Positions 1 through 8,060 of a DNA stretch of 64,000 bases are shown here, piece after piece; the first letter of the stretch is position 1; every line of letters starts with the position of its first letter. The stretch is taken from assembly GCA_038230655.1 (NCBI GenBank), contig JBBRMU010000003.1:10288-74287 (forward strand), in the 5' to 3' direction. Under the pieces are notes generated by a model. The model did no database searches, had not been told where the DNA came from, and saw only the letters and a program-made list of their open reading frames with translations. The DNA comes from Patescibacteria group bacterium. GTDB lineage: Bacteria; Patescibacteriota; Microgenomatia; UBA1406; GWC2-37-13. The translations under genes were made by a program, and so were the position numbers.

Positions 1-444
1 ACAAATGTTGTTAAGTCTCTGAATCCTGTTCAGTCTATTCTAGAAAATAAAAATACTACGGCACAATCCGGAGACCCTGGTATTGAAAAAATGCAGTCGC
101 AGATGGAAAAATCCAAAAGTACACCTCTTAACTTTGCAAAATTACAGAATACCTATGCTGATCAAGATAAAATAAAAGTTGATGCTATGAGGAATAGACT
201 GTTTCAGTTAGTGAAAGGTGATGAATCAAAAGCCATCGCTGAAAGAAAGAGGGAGGAAGAAGAACGGAAAAATAAAGAATTATATGGAGAGCAGGAGAAG
301 AAGAAGCGAGAGTATGACGCACATCAGCAACAATCCCAGTCTGATGCTCCAAGAGGAAAAGTACATAGAACAATCGGTGCAGCACATAAAAAGGTTGCTG
401 ACAACTCGCATCAGGAAGTAAAAGCGAACAAATCGAGTGGATAA
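1..444 (+). CDS. hypothetical Lys/Glu-rich protein, 5'-partial
   Basis: Frame 1 is open from nt 1 to the stop at 442-444; track ORF 91..444 is only the first in-window ATG. Low-complexity KE-rich, no domain recognised. Confidence 0.45.
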   Translation, partial: TNVVKSLNPVQSILENKNTTAQSGDPGIEKMQSQMEKSKSTPLNFAKLQNTYADQDKIKVDAMRNRLFQLVKGDESKAIAERKREEEERKNKELYGEQEKKKREYDAHQQQSQSDAPRGKVHRTIGAAHKKVADNSHQEVKANKSSG

Positions 445-465
445 GTATTTGATATAATGCTCACT

Positions 466-804
466 ATGAGTCAGAAGAAGTTTGCGTTTATTCAAGATAA
501 GTATAGAAGAAATAGAGGAGGGGAGTCGAGATTTATAAACCTCTACTGTGCATTCTGTCATTGTCACTTAATGTTGTATCAAAAAGATGGACCTAAAGGC
601 GGATGGCTAAAAAGACTCTATTACGATAGAATTATAGCTCCAAAAAAACTATTTGAAAATGTGTCAGTTTTGAAATGTTCAAAATGTAATAAGGTTATCG
701 GTTCAGCAACGATTTATAAAAAAGAAGACAGACCAGCAATTAACCTCATTAGAGGTAATATAATGAGAAGACCTAGCTCAGGTGTATTTCCAGCTAGACA
801 GTAG
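466..804 (+). CDS. hypothetical 4-Cys zinc-ribbon protein
   Basis: CxxC...CxxC pairs (CAFCHC, CSKCNK). The track start at 457 lies inside a TATAAT (453-458). The ATG at 466 sits 7 nt after that hexamer, matching the leaderless pattern. Confidence 0.5.
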   Translation: MSQKKFAFIQDKYRRNRGGESRFINLYCAFCHCHLMLYQKDGPKGGWLKRLYYDRIIAPKKLFENVSVLKCSKCNKVIGSATIYKKEDRPAINLIRGNIMRRPSSGVFPARQ

Positions 805-832
805 TTTAGAGTTAATTGCAAATCGTCCAATT

Positions 833-904
833 CGGGATGTAGTTCATCGGTAGAACGCTCGGTTCGGGACCGAGAGGTAGTGGGTTCAATTCCCGCCATC
901 CCGA
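833..904 (+). tRNA. tRNA-Pro (anticodon CGG)
   Basis: Cloverleaf read directly. Acceptor CGGGATG/CATCCCG; D arm GTTC-ATCGGTA-GAAC; anticodon arm CTCGG-TTCGGGA-CCGAG; variable AGGTA; T arm GTGGG-TTCAATT-CCCGC; discriminator A. The 3' CCA is not encoded. Confidence 0.9.
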
Positions 905-927
905 CAAATAAAACCCACAAGTTGATG

Positions 928-1452
928 TTATTTTATATCTTTCCAGTCTCCACTCTTACTAAATCGAGTTCTTCCGGTTAAGTGCCATGAATGCGGATTT
1001 GAAGTTTGTAGTTCTTTCCATAACTTTTTTGCAGACTTAGTATAAAGTTTATTTTTTGCTATTAATTTTCTTTGTTTTGTCCACTCTTTTCCTATAGGAT
1101 GTCCAACCGCCTCTTGTTCAATTAACTCAATATCTACATCCAAATTATCTGCGTCTTTAACAATCTTGGATTCAATCGATTTGCGTTCTGAGTATTCTTT
1201 CCATAGATCGATGAACTCTTCTTCTACAGAGGTATCGTCCAACATATCTTTCATAGCTAGGTCCTCATCTCTTGTTACGTATTGACGTGACAAATAGTCG
1301 CAGTCTCCTGTCCTGCTTTCACCAATATCATGTATGAGTGCCATTTTCAATATCTTGCCAGTATCAGTAACTCCCTCTCTTTTTGCGATTATCATTGCAG
1401 TCCACGCCACTCTAAAGTGATGCTCAGCTAGATTTTGGAAATCTGCATTCAA
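928..1452 (-). CDS. HD-domain phosphohydrolase (YfbR/HD_3-like 5'-nucleotidase family)
   Basis: HD motif LIHDIGESRTGD plus upstream His (AEHHF). The track start is a TTG. The conserved N-terminal segment ELLFELGCIRFIQRSW continues upstream in frame without a start codon (see frameshift finding). Confidence 0.85.
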   Translation of the reverse strand: MNADFQNLAEHHFRVAWTAMIIAKREGVTDTGKILKMALIHDIGESRTGDCDYLSRQYVTRDEDLAMKDMLDDTSVEEEFIDLWKEYSERKSIESKIVKDADNLDVDIELIEQEAVGHPIGKEWTKQRKLIAKNKLYTKSAKKLWKELQTSNPHSWHLTGRTRFSKSGDWKDIK

Positions 1453-1610
1453 AAACCGCTTCCATGACCTCTGAATAAAACGTATACAACCTAACTCGAA
1501 AAGTAGTTCTACATCACGTTTTTTTCCATGACAACATTGTACATGATAATTTTCCTTATCAGAGTATTTAAATTGTAAACGAGAAATAATATATTAAAAT
1601 AGAGTTAGGT

Positions 1611-2597
1611 ATGACAAAATTCTTTTACTTTCTAGGACATGAGCAGTTCCAACCAGAGATCTTGGTTGATCATGCAAAGTTAGCTGAAAAGGTAGGTTTC
1701 GATGGGCTCTTTGTTTCTGAACATTTTAATCCCTGGGTCGCAGATAATAGTGCGTCCGGATTTGCACTTTCAACTCTTGGAGCAATTGCGGCCTCCACAC
1801 ACCGAATCGAGTTAATGACAGGTGTAATTACTCCACTTTTCAGATATCACCCTGCAGTAGTTGCTCAAGCAGCTGCGACACTGGACCGACTTTCAAAAGG
1901 CAGATTTACCCTTGGAGTTGGCACCGGTGAGTCAATCAACGAGACAGCACTTGGATATGAATTCCCTGACTATAAAACTCGCTCAAAACGCATGCAGGAA
2001 GCGCTACAAATTATGGAAAAACTTCTTAAAGGAGAGACACTCACTTTTAAAGGAGAGTTCTACTCAACAGTCAATGCCCATCTCTATAGTCCACCAACTC
2101 ATAATATGCCTATATTTATGGCTTCTGGAGGCCCCAAATCCTCAACCCTCGCAGCTGAGTTTGCAGATGGTATTATCGTTAGTATAAAAAATCCTGAAGA
2201 CTCCCTTAATCAAATTATAACTCCTGCAAAACAAAAAGCCGAGGAGTTAAAAAAAGAAAAATTTTCAGTTGTCAGTAGTCGTTGGACAATCTATGCCCAA
2301 AATGAGGGTGAGAGTTTTAAAGCTGTTCGTGCTTGGAAAGGACTACGTGCTCCTAGCAGAGAAGGTGCAACAGATCCACGAGAACTACAAAAAGAGGCGG
2401 ATCAGCTCTCACATGAAGAAGTATTAAGCAAGTATAGTATTGTCAAAACGCCAGAAGATTATATAAATGTATATGCGCCTCTTATTGAAACAATAAACTC
2501 AGATATTGTTGTTATCCAAACAACTTCAATAGATCAACCTCATGTAATTAAGATTCTTGGAAAACATGTTTTACCAGAATTAAGAAAGTTAAAATAA
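1611..2597 (+). CDS. LLM-class (luciferase-like) flavin/F420-dependent oxidoreductase
   Basis: N-terminus FYFLGHEQFQPEILVDHAKLAEKVGFDGLFVSEHFNPWV resembles the F420-dependent G6PD-related LLM family. Length is 328 aa. Confidence 0.75.
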   Translation: MTKFFYFLGHEQFQPEILVDHAKLAEKVGFDGLFVSEHFNPWVADNSASGFALSTLGAIAASTHRIELMTGVITPLFRYHPAVVAQAAATLDRLSKGRFTLGVGTGESINETALGYEFPDYKTRSKRMQEALQIMEKLLKGETLTFKGEFYSTVNAHLYSPPTHNMPIFMASGGPKSSTLAAEFADGIIVSIKNPEDSLNQIITPAKQKAEELKKEKFSVVSSRWTIYAQNEGESFKAVRAWKGLRAPSREGATDPRELQKEADQLSHEEVLSKYSIVKTPEDYINVYAPLIETINSDIVVIQTTSIDQPHVIKILGKHVLPELRKLK

Positions 2598-2637
2598 AAA
2601 TAGGCCCTGTTTAAGAGCCTATTAAAGATAGATAAAA

Positions 2638-2853
2638 TTACCTCGAACACATTTTACAGTCTTTCTTATGAGTGACAGCAATATATACTGCTGAAATACC
2701 AACTAAAATATAGACTATCTTTTCTAACATCTCACTTGATCCTAACAAAGAGTGGACTAGATTCATATTAAGTAAGCCCATCAAGCCCCAGTTTATACCA
2801 CCAATAATTAATAGTATAAAAGCAATCATATGAAGCATTTTTGCATTTTTCAT
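2638..2853 (-). CDS. DUF378 small membrane protein
   Basis: IGGINWGLMGLLNMNLV motif typical of DUF378. The track GTG start (2862) lies inside the SD GGAGGTGA (2866-2859 on the minus strand). The ATG at 2853 follows that SD by 5 nt (2854-2858). Confidence 0.8.
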   Translation of the reverse strand: MKNAKMLHMIAFILLIIGGINWGLMGLLNMNLVHSLLGSSEMLEKIVYILVGISAVYIAVTHKKDCKMCSR

Positions 2854-2938
2854 ATTTATCACCTCCTATTCATACTGTAGTATATAACAATTGTGATTTA
2901 ATAGTGTCAAGATGTTGAAGATTATATATAATAGGAAA

Positions 2939-4342
2939 ATGGATCTTTATAATACTCTCACCAAAAAAATAGAGCATTTTAAACCACTTAACCCAGATGT
3001 CGTTACTCTTTATACTTGTGGTCCAACCGTTTATGACTATACTCACCTCGGCCATATGCGAAAATATATTAATGATGATATCCTAAAGCGTACACTTGAG
3101 TACCTAGGACTAAAAGTACAGCACGTCATGAATATTACAGATGTTGGACATCTGGTAAGTGATAAAGATGGGGGTGAAGATAAACTGGAAAAAGGCGCTA
3201 AAAAATCCGGAAAAACAGTCTGGGAAGTAGCTAAGTTTTATACTGATTTCTTCACAGAGACAATGGAGGCTGTTAATGTGACCGCTCCTGAAATTCTGTG
3301 TAAAGCTACCGATCATATACCAGATATGTTGACACTCATTAAAAAACTTGAAGAAAAAGGGTACACCTACGTTACGAAAGAAGCAGTTTACTTTGATATC
3401 AGTAAGTTTCCTTCATATGGGAAGTTGTCAGGCCAAAAACTTGAAGATAAAATACAAGGCGCACGAGACGAAGTTATAGTAGATGCGGATAAAAAAAATC
3501 CTGCAGATTTTGCGGTATGGTTCAAACGTGTCGGCAGATTTTCAGACCATACAATGCACTGGGACTCACCATGGGGAGATGGATTTCCGGGATGGCATAT
3601 TGAGTGTTCGGCTATGAGTATGAAGTACTTGGGCGAGACAATAGATATTCACACGGGTGGAGTGGATCACATCCCCGTTCATCATGAAAATGAGATTGCC
3701 CAGAGCGAAGCTGCAACAGGGAAGGAGTTTGTCCGGTACTGGGTACATAGTGAGTTTCTTCAGATCGAAGGGAGAAAGATGAGCAAAGGCCTTGGGAATT
3801 TTTTAACTATAAAAGACTTTGAAGATAAAAAAATAGATCCACAATCATTACGCTTACTATTCTTACAAACACATTATCGACAGCAAATGAACTTTACCTG
3901 GGATGCTGTGTCAGCGGCTCAAGAAGCCTATAAAAAGCTCCAGGAAACAGTCATCTCTTTGCGACATGAGAACTCAAGGTCTTTGCTATCAGCAGAAAAA
4001 CTTGAAAAGGTTGACGACTTCAAGGGCAGATTTATGAACGCAATTTCTACTGATCTTCAGATGCCACAAGCGGTCGCCGTCCTATTCGAAACTATAAAAT
4101 CAAATATTCCTGCTCCGGGTAAATTAGACCTGATACTCGAGTTTGATAAGGTTCTAGGTCTTAGACTTCTAGATTCAGAGCCTTCCAGAGCCCCAGATGC
4201 TGTTTTATCTCTGGCTGAATTGAGACAGAAAGCACGTCTAGTTAAAAATTGGAAAAAGTCAGATGAACTCCGTATAGCAATTGAGAAAAAGGGGTACATA
4301 GTAGAAGATAGTTCTGGAACATATCGCCTAAAGAAAAAGTAG
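2939..4342 (+). CDS. cysS: cysteine--tRNA ligase
   Basis: HIGH-type motif (YTHLGHMR), KMSKS motif (KMSKGLGN) and CysS-like N-terminus MDLYNTLTKK. TATAAT at 2927-2932 sits inside the longer track ORF, so the 2939 start is favoured. Confidence 0.95.
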   Translation: MDLYNTLTKKIEHFKPLNPDVVTLYTCGPTVYDYTHLGHMRKYINDDILKRTLEYLGLKVQHVMNITDVGHLVSDKDGGEDKLEKGAKKSGKTVWEVAKFYTDFFTETMEAVNVTAPEILCKATDHIPDMLTLIKKLEEKGYTYVTKEAVYFDISKFPSYGKLSGQKLEDKIQGARDEVIVDADKKNPADFAVWFKRVGRFSDHTMHWDSPWGDGFPGWHIECSAMSMKYLGETIDIHTGGVDHIPVHHENEIAQSEAATGKEFVRYWVHSEFLQIEGRKMSKGLGNFLTIKDFEDKKIDPQSLRLLFLQTHYRQQMNFTWDAVSAAQEAYKKLQETVISLRHENSRSLLSAEKLEKVDDFKGRFMNAISTDLQMPQAVAVLFETIKSNIPAPGKLDLILEFDKVLGLRLLDSEPSRAPDAVLSLAELRQKARLVKNWKKSDELRIAIEKKGYIVEDSSGTYRLKKK

Positions 4343-4346
4343 TATC

Positions 4347-6146
4347 TTATTCAGCATGATTAATTGTTTTAACCTGGTCAGAAGATAACCTAAAAAGCCC
4401 TTCATCAAGGCGTTTTTGGTCTAAGAAGTGGGCAGTAAATCCAACAGTTCTGGAAATTATAAACAATGCATTAAAAAACTCTGCCTCAATGAGTTCTTCA
4501 ATCTCTTCGAGGCGAAGATTTTCCTCCTCATACAATAGATCAAGCAGGACTGCTGCCAGCGCTCCATCTACATTGAGAATAAGATTACCTTTTTTTGCTA
4601 CGGTAATTTTTTCTACATTTAAAGCAAATGTTGAAAATTTTTTATCTTTAAGTGACGAGGTAAATGCAAGGATTTCACTTACACGAGGATCAGGAAAATC
4701 AGAACGATACTTCCTATGACCAATGCCAAGAATAAATTTCCTCCGTTTAGCAAAGTTCTCTACAAAAATATAAGGTTCAGTAGTATTTCTAACTGCCGAG
4801 AACCAGTTTGTGGCTGCCTCATTTACTGCTCCACCAAATCTTGGCCCGATTGTTAATAGCCCCGCAACAACCGAAGAAACCATATCTTTCCCAGCCCGGG
4901 CAGTAACCATAGTATTTGTTACACCAGATTGATAAGGACCATTATCTACCATTAATTTCAGGATCAAGTCAACAAACATCTCTAACCTTTTAGACTTTAT
5001 TTTCCTACCTAATAACATTGAAATGACAATTGCTGCATATGAATTTTTTTGGGTAAAGGCAAGTTGATCTTCCCCAAGTAGTTGGACATCTTGGTTTTTT
5101 TCACCAGAAATTCTACTTACGAATAAAGAGCTTCGCCTTGAGTTTATCTTTTCAAATTTTATACGTAAATCATTATTCACTGTTCTATTTTCTGGAGCGA
5201 TTTTTTTTATAAGATCTACAAAATCATTGTAAGTGTTAGCAACATCAGCACCAGCTTTTTGAAGCACCTTCCTTTTTTCTTGTGCAGACTCGCGACCCTT
5301 CTCTGCCATTGCTTTTGCGTGACCAAACTGGGGTGGTTTTTCAAACATCTCAGATATACTACCAGCGATATACACGATAGTTTTTTTAGTAATTTTATTT
5401 GTTATAAGTAACTCGGCGACTTCATATTCATCATATCCACCCAGCTCACCATAGTAGACGATATACTTCGTCTCTGGATCATTTTCAGCTGCGATAAATG
5501 CTTCTTTTGGAGAGACAATCGGAAAACGATCTCCACCAAATGAGACAGCAAAGGAAATATGTTTTTTATACTGACTCAGGACTGAGATAATTTCATTTGT
5601 CATCCCTCCTGATGCTGCAAATACTGCGACATTTCCTGATGTGAATAGGTTTGAGTCTATCAACTGTTTCGCCTGGGTCCCTCCAATTGCTCCTAACTTT
5701 AAGTGATTTGGAATAATCATACCTACACTTGCCGGACCAATAATAAATTTATTTAATTTGTGTGCTTTATCCGAAAGCATTACAGCGAATTTTTCTGGCA
5801 CATTTTCAGCAAAGACTGCTCCACCTAGGAGATTTGGAAAGTGCGGAAATAATGACTCAGTCGATGAAAAAGTTCTTCTTCCTGACGCGTTGCTTATAAA
5901 AAAATTAACTTGTTTTTTTATAGAAGTGGGAGCTGACTCATAGTCCCTATATAGAGGCAGTAACATTTCTTGATCACCAAAAAAGTAGCGTTCAAATTTT
6001 TTACCTGTTCCAATAATTCCGACAACGCTTGGTTTTTCTTTTCCCGAGAGATAGTCAAAGTCTAGTATTGACTGAATAATGGCTGGGTGAGTGCCGATAA
6101 CTAGTATTCTCGGGTGGACCTCTCTCAGTTTTTTTATATTTAACAT
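4347..6146 (-). CDS. aclA: ATP-citrate lyase alpha (large) subunit
   Basis: CoA-binding/CoA-ligase region with the phospho-His motif FGHAKA (cf. ACLY FGHAGA). C-terminal citrate-synthase-like domain (GIGHRKYRSDFPDPRV). The ATG at 6146 removes the artefactual overlap with aclB. Confidence 0.85.
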   Translation of the reverse strand: MLNIKKLREVHPRILVIGTHPAIIQSILDFDYLSGKEKPSVVGIIGTGKKFERYFFGDQEMLLPLYRDYESAPTSIKKQVNFFISNASGRRTFSSTESLFPHFPNLLGGAVFAENVPEKFAVMLSDKAHKLNKFIIGPASVGMIIPNHLKLGAIGGTQAKQLIDSNLFTSGNVAVFAASGGMTNEIISVLSQYKKHISFAVSFGGDRFPIVSPKEAFIAAENDPETKYIVYYGELGGYDEYEVAELLITNKITKKTIVYIAGSISEMFEKPPQFGHAKAMAEKGRESAQEKRKVLQKAGADVANTYNDFVDLIKKIAPENRTVNNDLRIKFEKINSRRSSLFVSRISGEKNQDVQLLGEDQLAFTQKNSYAAIVISMLLGRKIKSKRLEMFVDLILKLMVDNGPYQSGVTNTMVTARAGKDMVSSVVAGLLTIGPRFGGAVNEAATNWFSAVRNTTEPYIFVENFAKRRKFILGIGHRKYRSDFPDPRVSEILAFTSSLKDKKFSTFALNVEKITVAKKGNLILNVDGALAAVLLDLLYEEENLRLEEIEELIEAEFFNALFIISRTVGFTAHFLDQKRLDEGLFRLSSDQVKTINHAE

Positions 6147-6150
6147 ATAA

Positions 6151-7350
6151 CTAGTTTGTAATCTTAATAAAATCAATTCCTCTACGAACAATCTCTGTTA
6201 AAACAGTCTCAGGGCCAAAGACTAAGCCATTAATAGAGTTTGTCTTTATAAATGTCCTGACCAAACTGAGACCTTCTTCTTGATGAGGTCCGCCTCTTCT
6301 AACAAAAATTGCTATCCCTTGTTTTTTAAGACGAACACGTTGCTCCTCGAGTGCTTTAACTATACCCATACTTGTGATTCTTATGTCTGTAAAGTTTGCA
6401 ACACCTCCTCCTATTAATAGAGCCTTTTTCTTCGCTTTAGATCTCAGTAGGACAGAGACAATAGCCTTTGTATATATATAAGTTTCTTCTGCATTTGGAT
6501 TACCGCTGAACTCCCCATAATTTCCGAGATCTCTCCCATGCCCTAAGTTGTACACCTCATCTGCGATAACCAGACTAGCGCCTCCACCGGATAATAACAG
6601 AAAAATTGCACCATCCTCATTCAGTAGCTGTAGTGAAAATGCGGCTTGACTCTCATTTGCTAACTTTGAAACAGTTATTTCTTCCTCTCTATTCCTTATC
6701 GAATACTTATCTATAAAATCATCTCTTCTCCAAGCTCCCTTTACAAAAAACTCTGCGGTACTGTCAACCTCTACAGCAAGATCTATTATATAATTCTCCT
6801 TTCTATTAACTACCAGAGGGTTAATTTCTAAGAAAGAAAAGTAGAGCTCATCAAATGCTTGAAAGACTCCATTTAAAAACTCCATTGACACCTTCAATTC
6901 TCGAGCTATTTCCTCTAGTTTAGATTGTTCGTGAGCGACTGCTTGTATAAACAATTTCTTGATCTTATTTTTGTGCTCCTCAATGTTAATTCCACCCATA
7001 TTAGAGTAGTAAACCTCAACTCCATTACTCGTTCTCTCCAGTGATAAAAAATTTTCCTGTTCGAGACTGTGAGGAATATACTCTTCGACAAAAAAGTTGC
7101 TGAAATTCTTACTATTATCTTGGATAAACTTCTTGACTGCTTTTTTTTGAACATTTACCATTACTAGCCCTTTTTTCATTCTTCCTTTAATACCTTGATC
7201 AACTTTTACAACATAAAAATCTGTCCCAGATAGTTGATTAATATCATTTTCTACTGTCTCTGTACTCACAGAAAAAAAATTGGTTGTGCTATTTAGATGA
7301 GGTTTAAGAAGTTTCTTTGCAGTAAACTCAGTAATTCTTTTACGCGCCAT
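6151..7350 (-). CDS. aclB: ATP-citrate lyase beta (small, ATP-grasp) subunit
   Basis: Close motif matches to the ACLY N-terminal half: YFSFLEINPLVV, LLSGGGASL, GNYGEFSGNP, IGGGVANFTD, IFVRRGGPHQEEGL. Confidence 0.85.
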   Translation of the reverse strand: MARKRITEFTAKKLLKPHLNSTTNFFSVSTETVENDINQLSGTDFYVVKVDQGIKGRMKKGLVMVNVQKKAVKKFIQDNSKNFSNFFVEEYIPHSLEQENFLSLERTSNGVEVYYSNMGGINIEEHKNKIKKLFIQAVAHEQSKLEEIARELKVSMEFLNGVFQAFDELYFSFLEINPLVVNRKENYIIDLAVEVDSTAEFFVKGAWRRDDFIDKYSIRNREEEITVSKLANESQAAFSLQLLNEDGAIFLLLSGGGASLVIADEVYNLGHGRDLGNYGEFSGNPNAEETYIYTKAIVSVLLRSKAKKKALLIGGGVANFTDIRITSMGIVKALEEQRVRLKKQGIAIFVRRGGPHQEEGLSLVRTFIKTNSINGLVFGPETVLTEIVRRGIDFIKITN

Positions 7351-7396
7351 GGTAGTATTATACTAACTAAAAAAGAGAAGCACCACCTAAAAAGCC

Positions 7397-7996
7397 TTAC
7401 TCAACGAGCTTAGTGTACACGACAAGCCTGTGAGAGTAGTTATGCTCTGCTCGGCTGTACCAACCTGTACAAGTAATTAAGTTGAGGTGCTTTTCCTTAC
7501 TTGCACCAAATACAGCTTCAAGGGGGACTTCATTATACTTATAAGTTTGAGCGTTGATAACGGTAAAGTGATACTCCCCGCCTAAGTTATCATGCACTAT
7601 AACCTCGTCTCCAACCTGAACTTGGGATAAAAGATAAAAATGTCCTTTAGTGCCATAAATGGTGTCTAAATGTCCAGCTATCACAGCATTGCCTATTTCA
7701 CCAGGTTTAGCAGCTCCTTGAGCACTATACCATGCTGTCTTGTCCCAATCATCTGGCATACTCATCTTGCCCTGGAAATCGACTCCTACGGGTACAATTG
7801 GGGCGTCGACCTGAATTTTAGGAATCTGGATGGTTTCAGGCACACCAATAGGAATAGCCGTCGGTGTTGGACTCGGCATGATCGTAGGTGTCACAGCCGG
7901 ATGTTCAGAGGAAATATCGGCTGATGCACTCTCAATTTTGACGAATGCAAACATGCCCGCCAGTAATAGAACTAGGAAAATATTAAGTTTACTCAT
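7397..7996 (-). CDS. sortase family transpeptidase with N-terminal membrane anchor
   Basis: Catalytic His context (AVIAGHLD), TLxTC-type Cys motif (LITCTG) and a downstream Arg (SHRLVVY). The N-terminus has a hydrophobic anchor. Confidence 0.85.
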   Translation of the reverse strand: MSKLNIFLVLLLAGMFAFVKIESASADISSEHPAVTPTIMPSPTPTAIPIGVPETIQIPKIQVDAPIVPVGVDFQGKMSMPDDWDKTAWYSAQGAAKPGEIGNAVIAGHLDTIYGTKGHFYLLSQVQVGDEVIVHDNLGGEYHFTVINAQTYKYNEVPLEAVFGASKEKHLNLITCTGWYSRAEHNYSHRLVVYTKLVE

Positions 7997-8060
7997 ATAA
8001 ATACTATAGGTATGTATTATACCACATTTTAGCGGGAATTTGGAGCTTCAGGAAAGGGTA

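Noticed and set aside
2599-2623. A bidirectional terminator between the convergent LLM and DUF378 genes (AATAGGC...GCCTATT).
   Set aside because: It has only 7 bp and an 11-nt loop, with no flanking U/A tracts of convincing length. It is too weak to annotate.
6146-6191. An apparent 41-nt overlap between aclA and aclB (track ORF 4347..6191).
   Set aside because: This is a longest-ORF artefact. An ATG at 6146 gives MLNIKKLREV... and leaves a 4-nt gap after the aclB stop (6151-6153).
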